Source: Sulfurovum sp. (GTDB lineage: Bacteria > Campylobacterota > Campylobacteria > Campylobacterales > Sulfurovaceae). From it: a stretch of 64,000 bases of DNA. The translations under genes and the position numbers were made by a program. The stretch covers positions 48,347 through 112,346 of the forward strand of contig JAMOSB010000012.1 in the NCBI GenBank assembly GCA_027068485.1. The letters run 5' to 3'. Every line of letters begins with the position of its first letter. The first letter of the stretch is position 1. The notes under the pieces were generated by a model. That model ran no database searches, was not told the origin of the DNA, and was given only the letters and a program-made list of their open reading frames with translations. Shown piece after piece: positions 37,379 through 47,405 of the stretch.

Positions 37379-38019
37379 TCTCCTTGTAGTTGTGTTGGAC
37401 TCTCATCTTCTCTCCAGGTACGGTTGGGGATCTGCCACTCGCCATAGAGCTGACTCAAGTACGCCTCATACGCCACAGGTACACTACACGAGATACCACA
37501 AAAATCAATCTGCTTCACCCCCTGCTCTAGCAGTGAGGCATCGATACGGTTGATGCGACCATCTGCAAGCCAGTAGAGTCCCCCCTCAAAACTATATTTA
37601 AAGAAGATATCCATCGTCGTATTGCCCCGCCCAAAGATCCAAAACTTATTGGTACGAAGCTTAGCAATCTGAAAATCCTCATCCGATGCAAAGGAGATAT
37701 GCTCATGAAAAATAGGGTTGTGGTTTTTGCGACGCTTCTCTCTAGAGCTTCGGAAGGTAAAGAGATAGGTGCGGTAGCGATAGCGTTTCTGTATCTCTCT
37801 TAGCACCTCTTGAGCTTTGGGGTAGTCGGAGGGGTTGAGCAGGCTGATATCGAGATCATCATCCCATGGGATCAATGCCCCCTCACGCATTGCACCCAAA
37901 AGTGTCCCAAAATCCAAATAGTAGGCGATATGGTGTGCGTCTAGTGTCGTCACCACCGCCTGAAGCATCTTCAGTGCCTCCACTACATTCTCTTGATGTA
38001 TAAATCGTTTATCTGCCAC
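37369..38019 (-). CDS. LicD-family phosphotransferase (paralog of the previous gene).
   Basis: YYLDFGTLLGAMREGALIPWDDDLDISL. 10-nt overlap with the downstream LicD gene. Confidence 0.8.
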   Translation of the reverse strand: MADKRFIHQENVVEALKMLQAVVTTLDAHHIAYYLDFGTLLGAMREGALIPWDDDLDISLLNPSDYPKAQEVLREIQKRYRYRTYLFTFRSSREKRRKNHNPIFHEHISFASDEDFQIAKLRTNKFWIFGRGNTTMDIFFKYSFEGGLYWLADGRINRIDASLLEQGVKQIDFCGISCSVPVAYEAYLSQLYGEWQIPNRTWREDESPTQLQGECL

Positions 38020-38077
38020 AACTCCCCCTCACACTTTAAGATCTATATTTTATCTAACAAACACTTAGCCCCTCTCT

Positions 38078-38674
38078 TTAGAAGTGGTGCTTGAGTCCTA
38101 CCATCACCTTATCACTATCGAAGTAGAGCAGTAGTGGCGTCTCTCGCTTATATGCCCAATACCCAGAGGCAAACCCGACCAACGCCCCAATGAGGACATC
38201 ACTCTGCCAGTGGGCTTGGGCTTTGAGCCGTCCTCCCATCTGATGGAGAGGAAATGCCCAGAGCAGGTGTACCCACGGTGACTCCTCTTGATACTCCAAA
38301 ATATAGGGGGTCACCAGTGCAGTCATCCCCGAGACATGCCCACTAAAGAAGCTCTTACCTCCACTAAACCACTCTGAGGAGCTATCGGAGTCACGAGGGC
38401 GTAGGCGACCTGTCCCACGCTTAGCGATCTCAGCAATCAACTGACTCATAATCCCCGCATCCAGACTCTTCCAAGAGGTTCGTCCAAAGCGACTCTCTGT
38501 CCCCTCATAGAGAGCCGTTGCGACAATCCCTACCGTAGCGATTTTGGGAATATCATAGTGTGCCCCCCAGAAACCACTCTCATCGAGCTTCACTTTGTGG
38601 TCAAACTCCCATGAGAGGAGCAGACTCACGCCCAACACCATCACACCGATCACTCGACCCATCATCTTTAGCAT
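38078..38674 (-). CDS. PAP2-family lipid phosphatase (LpxE/LpxF-like candidate lipid A phosphatase).
   Basis: KRGTGRLRPRD, SFFSGHVS and QAHWQSDVLIGALVG match the tripartite PAP2 motif. GAGGAAG RBS before ATG 38674. Confidence 0.75.
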   Translation of the reverse strand: MLKMMGRVIGVMVLGVSLLLSWEFDHKVKLDESGFWGAHYDIPKIATVGIVATALYEGTESRFGRTSWKSLDAGIMSQLIAEIAKRGTGRLRPRDSDSSSEWFSGGKSFFSGHVSGMTALVTPYILEYQEESPWVHLLWAFPLHQMGGRLKAQAHWQSDVLIGALVGFASGYWAYKRETPLLLYFDSDKVMVGLKHHF

Positions 38675-38685
38675 ACTATCTTCCT

Positions 38686-39585
38686 CTATTTCCATCGTTT
38701 GTGCATCCAAAACCACTGCTTGGGGTAGGTACGCATCACCTGCTCCATCACCTTGGCTTGGGCTTGTGTCATCACTATCAAGTCTCGCTCTTGATCTTCA
38801 CTCTTGATGGGGGGGAGTGGCTCATAGATCGTCACATGGTAGTTGATATAGTCATCGGTATGGATAAACGCAGGGATCAGTGCCACCCCAAACTTGCGTG
38901 AGAGTATCGACGCGAGTGGGGTATGGGTCGCAGGATAGCCAAAGAGCTTCACTCCGATGGAGAACTTCTTGCGTATCGCCTGATCGATCAAGATCCCTAC
39001 GGCTTTGCCTTGAGAGAGTGCCTTAAGACACCCCTTCATCGCCCCTTTTTTATAGACCATCTCGACATTGAAGCGTTCGCGGTTGGCTTTGAGTACCTCA
39101 TCCATCACCGCACTATCGAGCTTCCGTCCTACCCCCACAAGGGTGAGATCAAACTTCAGAGCAATCGCTTGGGAGAGCAGCTCCCAGTTGCCTTGATGCC
39201 CCGTCACAAAGATGATCTTCTGCCCCTGATCCTGATAGGCACGGACAATCTCCTCCCCCTCAAAGGTCACATTCTCTAGTACCTCTTGGGGAGTCAACCG
39301 CTCCCGCTTGATAATCCCAAAGAGGGTATCGATGAGATTGACAAACGCCTCTACCCCTATCGTTCGCTTCTGCTTGATCGTCAAGGTATGTGCAAATGCC
39401 AAATCAAGATTGTGGTGGATAATCGCCCGATGTTTGGCACTCACCCCATACGCAATCCACGCCAATCCACGCATCAATCCACGCACCATCCACGCAGGCA
39501 CTATCCACAACACCACCCCAAAGAGACGGTAGATCCCCAAGTAGAGCCAATCAATCACCCAAAAGCTCCTTGGCAATGGTGACAA
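38686..39585 (-). CDS. lpxL: Lipid A biosynthesis late (lauroyl/myristoyl) acyltransferase family.
   Basis: NLDLAF..., FVTGHQGNWELL (HX4D/E-like acyltransferase motif region), and GILIDQA. Confidence 0.75.
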   Translation of the reverse strand: MSPLPRSFWVIDWLYLGIYRLFGVVLWIVPAWMVRGLMRGLAWIAYGVSAKHRAIIHHNLDLAFAHTLTIKQKRTIGVEAFVNLIDTLFGIIKRERLTPQEVLENVTFEGEEIVRAYQDQGQKIIFVTGHQGNWELLSQAIALKFDLTLVGVGRKLDSAVMDEVLKANRERFNVEMVYKKGAMKGCLKALSQGKAVGILIDQAIRKKFSIGVKLFGYPATHTPLASILSRKFGVALIPAFIHTDDYINYHVTIYEPLPPIKSEDQERDLIVMTQAQAKVMEQVMRTYPKQWFWMHKRWK

Positions 39586-40546
39586 TCTCAGCTACAGCAA
39601 TCTCCTCAATAGAGAAGTCTTGCTTATTGAGCTTGTAGGGGTTGACCCTACTAGAGGAGTTGACCACGCGGTTGATGGGGGTTTCGTAGACACGGTTGAT
39701 CGGTGTGGGACCAAAGATTGTGATGGAGGGGATATTGAGTCCCCACGCCATATGCGTAGGTCCCGTATCGTTACCAATCAGCAGATCAGCGTGAGCGATC
39801 AGGGCTTTGAGGGCATTGAGATTGAGTGGGGGGAGTGCTGTAGCGTAGCGACTCTGTTGCGCGATCCACACTGCACGCTCCCGCTCCGTCTCACTCCCCC
39901 ACACCACAAGGATATTGGCACGCAGTGCATCTGCAATCTGAGCAAACTTCTCTTTGGGGTAGTTGCGACTCTCCCAAGTCGAGCCAATCACGAAGATCAC
40001 CATAGGGGTATCCTCACGCAGATAGGGGACAATCTCAGGAGCCTCCTCATAGAACAAAAAGGGCTTCTTAGCTTGAATCATCGCGGGGGTAATCTCCACA
40101 CCAAGAGGCTCAGAGAGGACTTTGGCATTGCGGTCAATGGTATTGGCATCATAGGCGATCGTCACTTTTTGGGTGTAGAGGTAGGAGGCGATGCCCTCTC
40201 GGATAGAGGATTTGGAGAAGCCTGCTCTGCGTTTACCAAGGAGCATGGTGGTAAGTGCCGATTTGATTAGTCCTTGGGCATCGATCACCAGATCGTAGTG
40301 ATTTTGGGCATAGGCTCTGACCTGTCGAACCTGTGCAACGAGTGCTTTTTTATCTTTTTTGATCGCTTTGAGGTTGAGTGGTAGGATATGGTCAATATCG
40401 GGATTGCCCTCTAGCACCTTGGCAAACCCCGCCTCAACAACCCAATCGATCTCTAGCTCTGGATTGGCACGCTTGAGATACTGAAGTGCGACCATTGCAT
40501 GGATGATATCCCCCATGGCTGAGAGTTTGACAATCGCGACTTTCAT
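39551..40546 (-). CDS. waaC: Lipopolysaccharide heptosyltransferase I.
   Basis: MKVAIVKLSAMGDIIHAMVALQYLK N-terminus and the GNDTGPTHMA motif of GT9. Confidence 0.85.
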   Translation of the reverse strand: MKVAIVKLSAMGDIIHAMVALQYLKRANPELEIDWVVEAGFAKVLEGNPDIDHILPLNLKAIKKDKKALVAQVRQVRAYAQNHYDLVIDAQGLIKSALTTMLLGKRRAGFSKSSIREGIASYLYTQKVTIAYDANTIDRNAKVLSEPLGVEITPAMIQAKKPFLFYEEAPEIVPYLREDTPMVIFVIGSTWESRNYPKEKFAQIADALRANILVVWGSETERERAVWIAQQSRYATALPPLNLNALKALIAHADLLIGNDTGPTHMAWGLNIPSITIFGPTPINRVYETPINRVVNSSSRVNPYKLNKQDFSIEEIAVAEIVTIAKELLGD

Positions 40547-40599
40547 ACGCTCCCCTAGTTTTTGTTTTTGATATTTTACCCAAATTTAACTATTTTGGA

Positions 40600-40605
40600 T
40601 ATAAT
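40600..40605 (+). promoter_or_regulatory. Candidate -10 box for hisH.
   Basis: TATAAT lies 30 nt upstream of GTG 40635, in the divergent AT-rich waaC/hisH gap. Confidence 0.4.
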
Positions 40606-40634
40606 CGCATCTATTTAATACAAGGAGTCGCACC

Positions 40635-41246
40635 GTGATAGGCATCGTCGATTACAATATGGGAAATCTCGCTTCTGTTATCAACGCATTTGCAAAAGTA
40701 GGTGCCGATATCCAACTAGAGCGTGACCCCAACCAACTACACCGCTATGATAAACTCATCCTCCCTGGCGTAGGTGCCTATGCCGATGCGATGGAGCATC
40801 TGCGTAGCAATGGCATGGATAAAGCAGTCATCGCCTATGCCCAGAGTGGCAAACCCCTCCTAGGGATCTGCCTTGGGATGCAACTCCTCTTTGAGAGCTC
40901 TGAGGAGTTTGGCTCTACCCAAGGACTCGGACTCATTGAGGGAAAAGTCGTGGCGTTTGATAAAGCGAAGTTTGACCACAAAAGCAAAGTACCCCATATG
41001 GGTTGGAATGAACTCTTCCAACACCACCATACACCACTATTTGAGGGGCTAGAAGAGGAGTTTTACCTCTACTTTGTCCACTCCTTCCACGCCGTATGCG
41101 ATGAACAGTACGCTATAGGCAAGACCTTTTACGGCTATGAGTTTGTCTCCGCAGTCCAAAAAGAGAACATCTACGGTATCCAACCCCACCCCGAAAAGAG
41201 CCACGAAAACGGGCTTAAAATCATAGAAAATTTTGTCAACCTATAA
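40635..41246 (+). CDS. hisH: Imidazole glycerol phosphate synthase, glutamine amidotransferase subunit.
   Basis: GTG start with AAGGAG 7 nt upstream. IGIVDYNMGNL, LPGVGAY, GICLGMQLL (catalytic Cys), and QPHPEKS. Confidence 0.9.
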   Translation: MIGIVDYNMGNLASVINAFAKVGADIQLERDPNQLHRYDKLILPGVGAYADAMEHLRSNGMDKAVIAYAQSGKPLLGICLGMQLLFESSEEFGSTQGLGLIEGKVVAFDKAKFDHKSKVPHMGWNELFQHHHTPLFEGLEEEFYLYFVHSFHAVCDEQYAIGKTFYGYEFVSAVQKENIYGIQPHPEKSHENGLKIIENFVNL

Positions 41247-41258
41247 GCGAGTATCTCC

Positions 41259-41627
41259 ATGACCCCACACTTTATCACACGCATCGAGATCGATAACTTT
41301 AAGTGCTTTAAGAAGTTCAAAGCAGAAAGCTTTGGTCGGGTTAACTTGATAGGTGGGAAGAATAATGTGGGGAAGACGGCCTTTATGGAGGCATGTTCAA
41401 TCAATGTCTATTCACAAGATATTGAGTCTATGACAATGGCATTAAGAAACCCAAAATATAGAAGAGAAAAGTTAAACCTTTTGAAAGAAACCTATAGTGA
41501 AAACGATACAAAACAATTTATTGAACAGATTAATGGTTTTTTTGCTCAAAGTAATATAAGAAAAGTACTGTTTGATTGGTTTATAGATGAGATAGAGCAA
41601 GAGCATGAGGTTCGTGGATGTCTATAA
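41259..41627 (+). CDS. N-terminal fragment (122 aa) of an SMC/OLD/ABC-type AAA ATPase; truncated.
   Basis: ITRIEIDNFKCFKKFKAESFGRVNLIGGKNNVGKTAFMEA is the typical N-terminal beta-strand plus Walker A of AAA_15/AAA_21-type ATPases. No Walker B or signature region is present. AT-rich, with no obvious SD. Confidence 0.6.
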   Translation: MTPHFITRIEIDNFKCFKKFKAESFGRVNLIGGKNNVGKTAFMEACSINVYSQDIESMTMALRNPKYRREKLNLLKETYSENDTKQFIEQINGFFAQSNIRKVLFDWFIDEIEQEHEVRGCL

Positions 41628-42073
41628 GAATTTTTGTGGAGGGTAATGATGATAAGAAATTCATCATTACTCTATTAAATGATTTAAAGAAAGATAAAGA
41701 GATAGAAGTTCAAGATAATATTAATTTTAATGCATATATTGAGGTAATGGGTTGTAAATCACATCTTCTTGATCACTCAAATGCTTGTTTTATGGAATTA
41801 AAGGATAAATTAAAATGGACTATACCTATAGATAATTATATCTTCAGTAAAAACTTAGACTATTTTTTAGTAGAAACAATAAATACAAAAGCGTGTTATG
41901 AATATTTTGATAAATTAATAGCGTGTTTAGATGTAGAAAAACTAAAACTAAACAAAAAACCGATAGCAAATTTATATAGAGATTTATATCCTTATCCTCA
42001 ATTTGATTTTAAAGATAATAAATTCAACGAACTAAAAACCAAACTAAAAAACTTATTTAAGGAACAAAACTAA
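41618..42073 (+). CDS. Small (151 aa) protein with a TOPRIM-like N-terminal motif (DUF3226/DUF4435/DUF4276 class); hypothetical.
   Basis: [21 protein letters not shown] resembles the hhhEG-x-D start of OLD-type TOPRIM partner proteins. GAGG 7 nt upstream, and a 10-nt overlap with the ATPase fragment. Very AT-rich. Confidence 0.45.
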   Translation: MSIRIFVEGNDDKKFIITLLNDLKKDKEIEVQDNINFNAYIEVMGCKSHLLDHSNACFMELKDKLKWTIPIDNYIFSKNLDYFLVETINTKACYEYFDKLIACLDVEKLKLNKKPIANLYRDLYPYPQFDFKDNKFNELKTKLKNLFKEQN

Positions 42074-42074
42074 C

Positions 42075-42785
42075 ATGACCATACTACCAGCCATAGACCT
42101 CAAAGACGGGAAAGCCGTACGACTAAGCAAAGGACTCATGGAGTCTGCCAAGATATACTCAGATGAGCCGTGGCAGGTTGCCAAGCGATTTGAAGAACTT
42201 GGGAGTGAGTGGGTACACCTTGTTGACCTAAACGGTGCGTTTGCAGGACAGCCTGAGAACCTAGAGCAGATTCGTAAGATCCGAGCCAACTGTAACCTCA
42301 AGCTAGAGCTTGGTGGGGGGATTCGTGATGAGGAGACGATTAAGATGTATCTGGAGTTGGGGATTGATAGACTTATCCTTGGCTCTATCGCGGTCAAAGA
42401 TGCTCAGTTTGTCAAAGATATGGCAGCGAAGTACCCTATCGTCGTGGGGATTGATGCGATTGATGGGATGGTAGCTGTAGAGGGTTGGGCTGAGACCTCT
42501 GATATGAAAGCCACCGACCTAGCCCGTGCCTTTGCCGACTGTGGCGTAGAGGCGATTATCTGTACGGATGTGGGGCGTGATGGGATGATGACGGGGGTCA
42601 ACTTGGAGTTTACCAAAGCGATCCAAGAGGCTTCAGGGCTTGAGACGATTGCGAGTGGAGGACTCAAAGATATGAGTGATATTCATGGGCTTATCGACGC
42701 GGGGATTGATGGGACGATTGTCGGTAAGGCATTTTATGAGGGGACGCTTGAGCTTGAAGAGGCGTTTGGAGTTGCCAATGCATAA
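42075..42785 (+). CDS. hisA: ProFAR isomerase.
   Basis: [30 protein letters not shown], and ASGG...[11 protein letters not shown]. Confidence 0.9.
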   Translation: MTILPAIDLKDGKAVRLSKGLMESAKIYSDEPWQVAKRFEELGSEWVHLVDLNGAFAGQPENLEQIRKIRANCNLKLELGGGIRDEETIKMYLELGIDRLILGSIAVKDAQFVKDMAAKYPIVVGIDAIDGMVAVEGWAETSDMKATDLARAFADCGVEAIICTDVGRDGMMTGVNLEFTKAIQEASGLETIASGGLKDMSDIHGLIDAGIDGTIVGKAFYEGTLELEEAFGVANA

Positions 42786-43605
42786 GCACTACTATGAGCT
42801 GACCATTACACTCGATAGCGATCTTGTGGAGTTTGTCGCGGACTTTATCGGGACACTCTCCTCTGATGGGATAGAGCTTGGCAGAGGGGAGATTGTCGTA
42901 CGCAGTGAGTCTGATGTCACCTTTATCCAAGAGGCACTCACCAAGCTTGCCACAGAGCTAGGCGAAGGGGTCACCCTCTCTAGCCATATCGAGCAGAAGG
43001 AGAATGTCGACTGGATCAAGCAGTATCAAGACTCTATTGAGCCTATCTTAGCAGGCAAGTTCTATATCTTCCCTAGCTGGTACCCACCCAAAGAGGATGC
43101 TATCAATATCAAGATCGATCCTGCCCTCGCCTTTGGTTCAGGACACCATGCGACGACCTTCTCCTGCTTGGAGGCGGTGAGTCGTTATGTCACGCCGAGT
43201 CACCATGTGGTAGATGTAGGATGTGGATCGGGTATCTTAGGGCTTGCGTGCTGTAAGCTTGGAGCAACGGTTGATCTGTGTGATACCGATCCACTCTCCG
43301 TGGAGAGCTGTGAGCAGAACTTTATCCTCAACCAAGAGCAGTACCACAAACTCTGGGAGGGTTCTATCCACCAAGCAACGCATACCTATGATGTCGTCAT
43401 CGCCAATATCATCGCTGATGTACTCAAATTTATCGCAAAAGATCTCAAAAAATCTGCCAAAGAGGGAGGGATACTCATCCTCTCAGGCATCCTTGATACC
43501 AAGGAGAAGAAGGTGACAGAAGCGTTCAAGGAGCTTACCCTTATCGAAAAAATCGTCAAAGATGAGTGGGTCACACTTGTCTATAAGAAGGAAACCAATG
43601 GCTAA
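42778..43605 (+). CDS. prmA: Ribosomal protein L11 methyltransferase.
   Basis: Start at ATG 42778 ([10 protein letters not shown]). [15 protein letters not shown], and [12 protein letters not shown] (SAM motif I). Confidence 0.9.
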   Translation: MHKHYYELTITLDSDLVEFVADFIGTLSSDGIELGRGEIVVRSESDVTFIQEALTKLATELGEGVTLSSHIEQKENVDWIKQYQDSIEPILAGKFYIFPSWYPPKEDAINIKIDPALAFGSGHHATTFSCLEAVSRYVTPSHHVVDVGCGSGILGLACCKLGATVDLCDTDPLSVESCEQNFILNQEQYHKLWEGSIHQATHTYDVVIANIIADVLKFIAKDLKKSAKEGGILILSGILDTKEKKVTEAFKELTLIEKIVKDEWVTLVYKKETNG

Positions 43606-45541
43606 CTCTAACAACCAAAACAACAATAACAACAACTTTTTTAACAACAATCCACTACTGGCATTTGCCCTCTTCTCTATCATCATTATTATGCTTTTTA
43701 AATCCTTCGTAGGAGAGGGAGAGGGGCTAGAGACGATGATGGGCAACACAAACAATGTGGCTCAAACCAAACAGGTCAAATACTCTCAAATCAAAGCAGA
43801 GATCGCCAAAGGGGGAGTAGAGAGTGTCAAACTCACCCCTACGACAATCGAAGCGATTGCCAATACAGGGAGCCACAAAATACGCTTTGTGGCTCAAAAT
43901 GTCCCCACTTATGATAAAGAGCTTATCCCCCTCCTTGAGGAGAAAAATATCACCTATGAGGGGGTTATGGGGGGAGGCTTTATCCAAGAGCTTATCAGTA
44001 TGATGCTCCCGATCTTGATCTTCTTTGCGATCTGGATCTTCTTGGCACGCAAGATGTCCAAGGGGATGGGCGGAGGTATCTTGGGTGCAGGTAAAGCCGA
44101 TGGGCTAATCAATGCCGAAAAGCCCGATACGAAGTTTGATGATGTCCAAGGGGTCGAAGAGGCGAAAGATGAAGTCAAAGAGATTGTCGACTTCCTCAAA
44201 TACCCTGAACGCTATATGGAGCTAGGGGCGAAGATCCCCAAAGGGCTTCTGCTTGTCGGACCTCCAGGAACGGGTAAAACCCTCCTTGCCAAAGCTGTTG
44301 CAGGAGAAGCAGAAGTCCCCTTCTTCTCCGTGAGTGGTTCAGGCTTTATTGAGATGTTTGTCGGAGTGGGAGCGAGCCGTGTGCGTGACCTCTTTGCCCA
44401 AGCCAAAAAAGAGGCTCCCTCTATTATCTTTATCGATGAGATCGATGCGATAGGAAAGAGCCGTGCGAGTGGTGGACAGATGGGGGGCAATGATGAGCGA
44501 GAGCAGACACTCAACCAACTCCTAGCAGAGATGGATGGCTTTGGTACGGATACGCCTGTCATCGTCCTTGCAGCGACCAACCGCCCTGAGACACTCGATG
44601 CAGCCTTGCTTCGTGCGGGGCGTTTTGATAGACAGGTACTCGTAGACAAACCTGACTTTGATGGGCGTTTGGCTATCTTGAAGGTACACAGTAGTGATGT
44701 GAAGCTCTCCAAAGAGGTGGACTTGGAGATTGTTGCCAAGCAGACTGCGGGACTCGCAGGGGCAGATCTTGCCAATATCATCAATGAGGCAGCCCTCCTT
44801 GCGGGACGCTTCGATAAAAAAGAGATCGAGCAGGCGGATCTTCTTGAATCGATCGAACGCTCCTTTGTAGGACTAGAGAAGAAGAACCGTAAGATCTCGG
44901 ATGTTGAGAAACGCATTGTCGCCTACCATGAGAGTGGACATGCCCTCATGGCAGAGCTGAGCAAAGGGGCGACCCGTGTCACCAAAGTCTCTATCATCCC
45001 TAGGGGCTTGGGTGCATTGGGCTATACCCTCCACCTCCCTGATGATGAAGATCGCTTCCTCAAACAGAAACATGAACTCCTAGCAGAGGTCGATGTCCTG
45101 CTTGGGGGGCGTGCCGCAGAGGAGATCTTCATCAAAGAGGTGAGTACAGGAGCGGGCAATGACCTTGACCGTGCTACGGCTATCCTCAAAGATATGATCT
45201 CCGTCTACGGGATGAGTGAAGTAGCAGGACTCATGGTACTCAAACGCACAGAGAACTCCTTCCTTGGGGGTGGTATGGCATCTACAGACTACAGCCAAAA
45301 GACCGCTGAGGCGATCGATGTAGAGATCCGCACCACACTCAATGAACGCTACGCCTTTGTCAAACAGACCTTGAGAGACTACCATCAAGCCATTGAAAAT
45401 ATGGCACAGATACTCCTTGATGTTGAGGTGATTGAGGGTGACAGAGTACGCTCTATCATCCAAGCGTATGAAGAGGAGCAGGGTATGACTAGCCGTCTAG
45501 CACATCCAGACAAACCCAAACCAACACCCCCCTCAAAGTAG
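43598..45541 (+). CDS. ftsH: ATP-dependent zinc metalloprotease FtsH.
   Basis: Start at ATG 43598. [27 protein letters not shown], the SRH region, and the HESGHAL zinc motif. Confidence 0.95.
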   Translation: MANSNNQNNNNNNFFNNNPLLAFALFSIIIIMLFKSFVGEGEGLETMMGNTNNVAQTKQVKYSQIKAEIAKGGVESVKLTPTTIEAIANTGSHKIRFVAQNVPTYDKELIPLLEEKNITYEGVMGGGFIQELISMMLPILIFFAIWIFLARKMSKGMGGGILGAGKADGLINAEKPDTKFDDVQGVEEAKDEVKEIVDFLKYPERYMELGAKIPKGLLLVGPPGTGKTLLAKAVAGEAEVPFFSVSGSGFIEMFVGVGASRVRDLFAQAKKEAPSIIFIDEIDAIGKSRASGGQMGGNDEREQTLNQLLAEMDGFGTDTPVIVLAATNRPETLDAALLRAGRFDRQVLVDKPDFDGRLAILKVHSSDVKLSKEVDLEIVAKQTAGLAGADLANIINEAALLAGRFDKKEIEQADLLESIERSFVGLEKKNRKISDVEKRIVAYHESGHALMAELSKGATRVTKVSIIPRGLGALGYTLHLPDDEDRFLKQKHELLAEVDVLLGGRAAEEIFIKEVSTGAGNDLDRATAILKDMISVYGMSEVAGLMVLKRTENSFLGGGMASTDYSQKTAEAIDVEIRTTLNERYAFVKQTLRDYHQAIENMAQILLDVEVIEGDRVRSIIQAYEEEQGMTSRLAHPDKPKPTPPSK

Positions 45542-45547
45542 CGGGGG
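45527..45547 (+). terminator. G/C stem-loop spanning the ftsH stop codon; possible terminator.
   Basis: CCCCCC (45527-45532) pairs with GGGGG (45543-45547) around a 10-nt loop. Only an interrupted T-rich stretch follows. Confidence 0.3.
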
Positions 45548-45611
45548 TTCACTCTCTTGTGATTTTATCCCATTTAGTGTATACTTACACCAAATTATGC
45601 AGGAGAGCTTT

Positions 45612-45683
45612 ATGAAAACAACCATCATACCACAGACTATTTTCACTCCAGATACTCCCCTTCTGCTACTGCTTACACTCTAA
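45612..45683 (+). promoter_or_regulatory. Candidate leucine-rich leader peptide ORF (23 aa) upstream of leuA.
   Basis: AGGAGA (45601-45606) lies 5 nt before ATG 45612. It encodes MKTTIIPQTIFTPDTPLLLLLTL: five consecutive Leu codons (CTT CTG CTA CTG CTT), one more Leu as the last sense codon, then TAA. leuA starts 126 nt downstream. Confidence 0.5.
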
Positions 45684-45808
45684 TCGTTTAAAACGATCCA
45701 ATTTCCCTTTTTACAACTTCCAACTATTAGTTTCTAATAACCACATTTTAGGTAAAATTAGACAATTTACAGCCACTTCTAGTGGTCTTTATACAACAAG
45801 GTAACACA

Positions 45809-47365
45809 ATGAGTCCAGAGACGATTAAAATATTTGATACAACACTAAGAGATGGTGAGCAGAGCCCAGGGGCTTCGATGAACACCGAAGAGAAGATACA
45901 GATCGCTGCACAGTTGGAGCGGTTGGGTGTCGATATCATCGAAGCGGGGTTTGCTGCGGCTAGTCCAGGGGATTTTGATGCGATAGAGAAGATCGCCCAA
46001 CGCGTCACTACCTCTACCATCTGCTCCCTCGCCCGTGCCATCGATAGCGATATCAAATCCGCAGGAGAGGCGATAGCCAAAGCCAAGATGAAGCGTATCC
46101 ACACCTTTATCGCGACCTCCTCTATCCATATGGAGCATAAACTCAAGATGACCCCTGATGAGGTGATTCGTCGTGCGGTGCGTGCGGTATCCTACGCACG
46201 CACCTTTGTGGAGGATGTTGAGTTTAGCTGTGAGGATGCGGGACGCTCCGATATGGGCTTTATGAAGGAGATCAGTGACGCAGTGATAGAGGCAGGGGCA
46301 ACGACGATCAATCTCCCCGATACGGTAGGGTTTCGACTCCCCTCTGAGATCGGAGCGATGGTCAAGGAGATGAGTGAGTACACCCGTGGTAGAGCTATCA
46401 TCTCTGTGCATAATCACAATGACTTGGGCTTAGGGGTTGCCAACTCTCTTGAGGCAGTGGTCAATGGTGCAAGACAGGTTGAGTGTACGATCAATGGTCT
46501 AGGAGAGCGTGCGGGGAATGCTGCCTTGGAGGAGATCGTCATGGCACTCAAAACCCGTAGTGATATCTTTGCCAATTACACTACAAACATCAATACCACA
46601 GAGATCTACCCCTCTAGCCGTTTGATTGCTAGTATCACAGGGATTGAGCCACAACCCAACAAAGCCATTGTCGGGAAGAATGCCTTTGCCCATGAGAGTG
46701 GTATCCACCAAGATGGTATGCTCAAAAACAAAGCTACCTATGAGATCATCACCCCTGAGAGTATAGGACTCGTCAAAGATGACACCTTGGTACTTGGCAA
46801 ACACTCAGGGCGTGCCGCATTTAAAGATAAGTTAGCCAAGCTCGGGTTTATCTTGGATGAGGAGGCACTCAACGCTTCATTCGCACGCTTCAAGATCATG
46901 GCTGATAGAAAAAAAGAGATCTATGATGATGACTTAAGAGCCTTAGTCACCAATGAGATGACCAAAGCAACACAGATCTATGAGCTTCTCTCTTTGCAGT
47001 TGATGGACTGCTCTGATGGGGTTCCCTCTGCTGCGGTAAAAATCAAGACCCATAAAGATGAGATTATCGAAGCGGGGATTGGTGCGGGGACAATGGATGC
47101 GATCTTTAAGACCATTGACCGTATCTCAGGCTATGAGGGACAGCTTCTTGACTACAAAGTCAAATCCGTCAGCCAAGGCAAAGATGCCCTTGCAAGTGTC
47201 ACCGTCAAAGTCTCCTTCAATGGAGAACCTGCTATCATAGGACATGGACTCAATATCGATACCATGCTAGCGAGTGCGAGAGCCTATATCGGTGCGTTAA
47301 ATAGCTACCTTAGTATGGAGGGGAAACTCAAGTCACGCCATAGTGACAGCTCCAAAACAGTCTAA
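45809..47365 (+). CDS. leuA: 2-isopropylmalate synthase.
   Basis: [30 protein letters not shown], and [11 protein letters not shown]-terminal LeuA regulatory domain is present. Confidence 0.9.
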   Translation: MSPETIKIFDTTLRDGEQSPGASMNTEEKIQIAAQLERLGVDIIEAGFAAASPGDFDAIEKIAQRVTTSTICSLARAIDSDIKSAGEAIAKAKMKRIHTFIATSSIHMEHKLKMTPDEVIRRAVRAVSYARTFVEDVEFSCEDAGRSDMGFMKEISDAVIEAGATTINLPDTVGFRLPSEIGAMVKEMSEYTRGRAIISVHNHNDLGLGVANSLEAVVNGARQVECTINGLGERAGNAALEEIVMALKTRSDIFANYTTNINTTEIYPSSRLIASITGIEPQPNKAIVGKNAFAHESGIHQDGMLKNKATYEIITPESIGLVKDDTLVLGKHSGRAAFKDKLAKLGFILDEEALNASFARFKIMADRKKEIYDDDLRALVTNEMTKATQIYELLSLQLMDCSDGVPSAAVKIKTHKDEIIEAGIGAGTMDAIFKTIDRISGYEGQLLDYKVKSVSQGKDALASVTVKVSFNGEPAIIGHGLNIDTMLASARAYIGALNSYLSMEGKLKSRHSDSSKTV

Positions 47366-47371
47366 CCCCTA

Positions 47372-47395
47372 GGGGTTTCTCCTCTGAGAAGCCCC
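47372..47395. terminator. 10-bp stem-loop between convergent leuA and serS; putative bidirectional terminator.
   Basis: GGGGTTTCTC / GAGAAGCCCC (one G-U pair) with the 4-nt loop CTCT. No strong U-tract on either strand. Confidence 0.5.
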
Positions 47396-47405
47396 TCCCC
47401 TCGTG

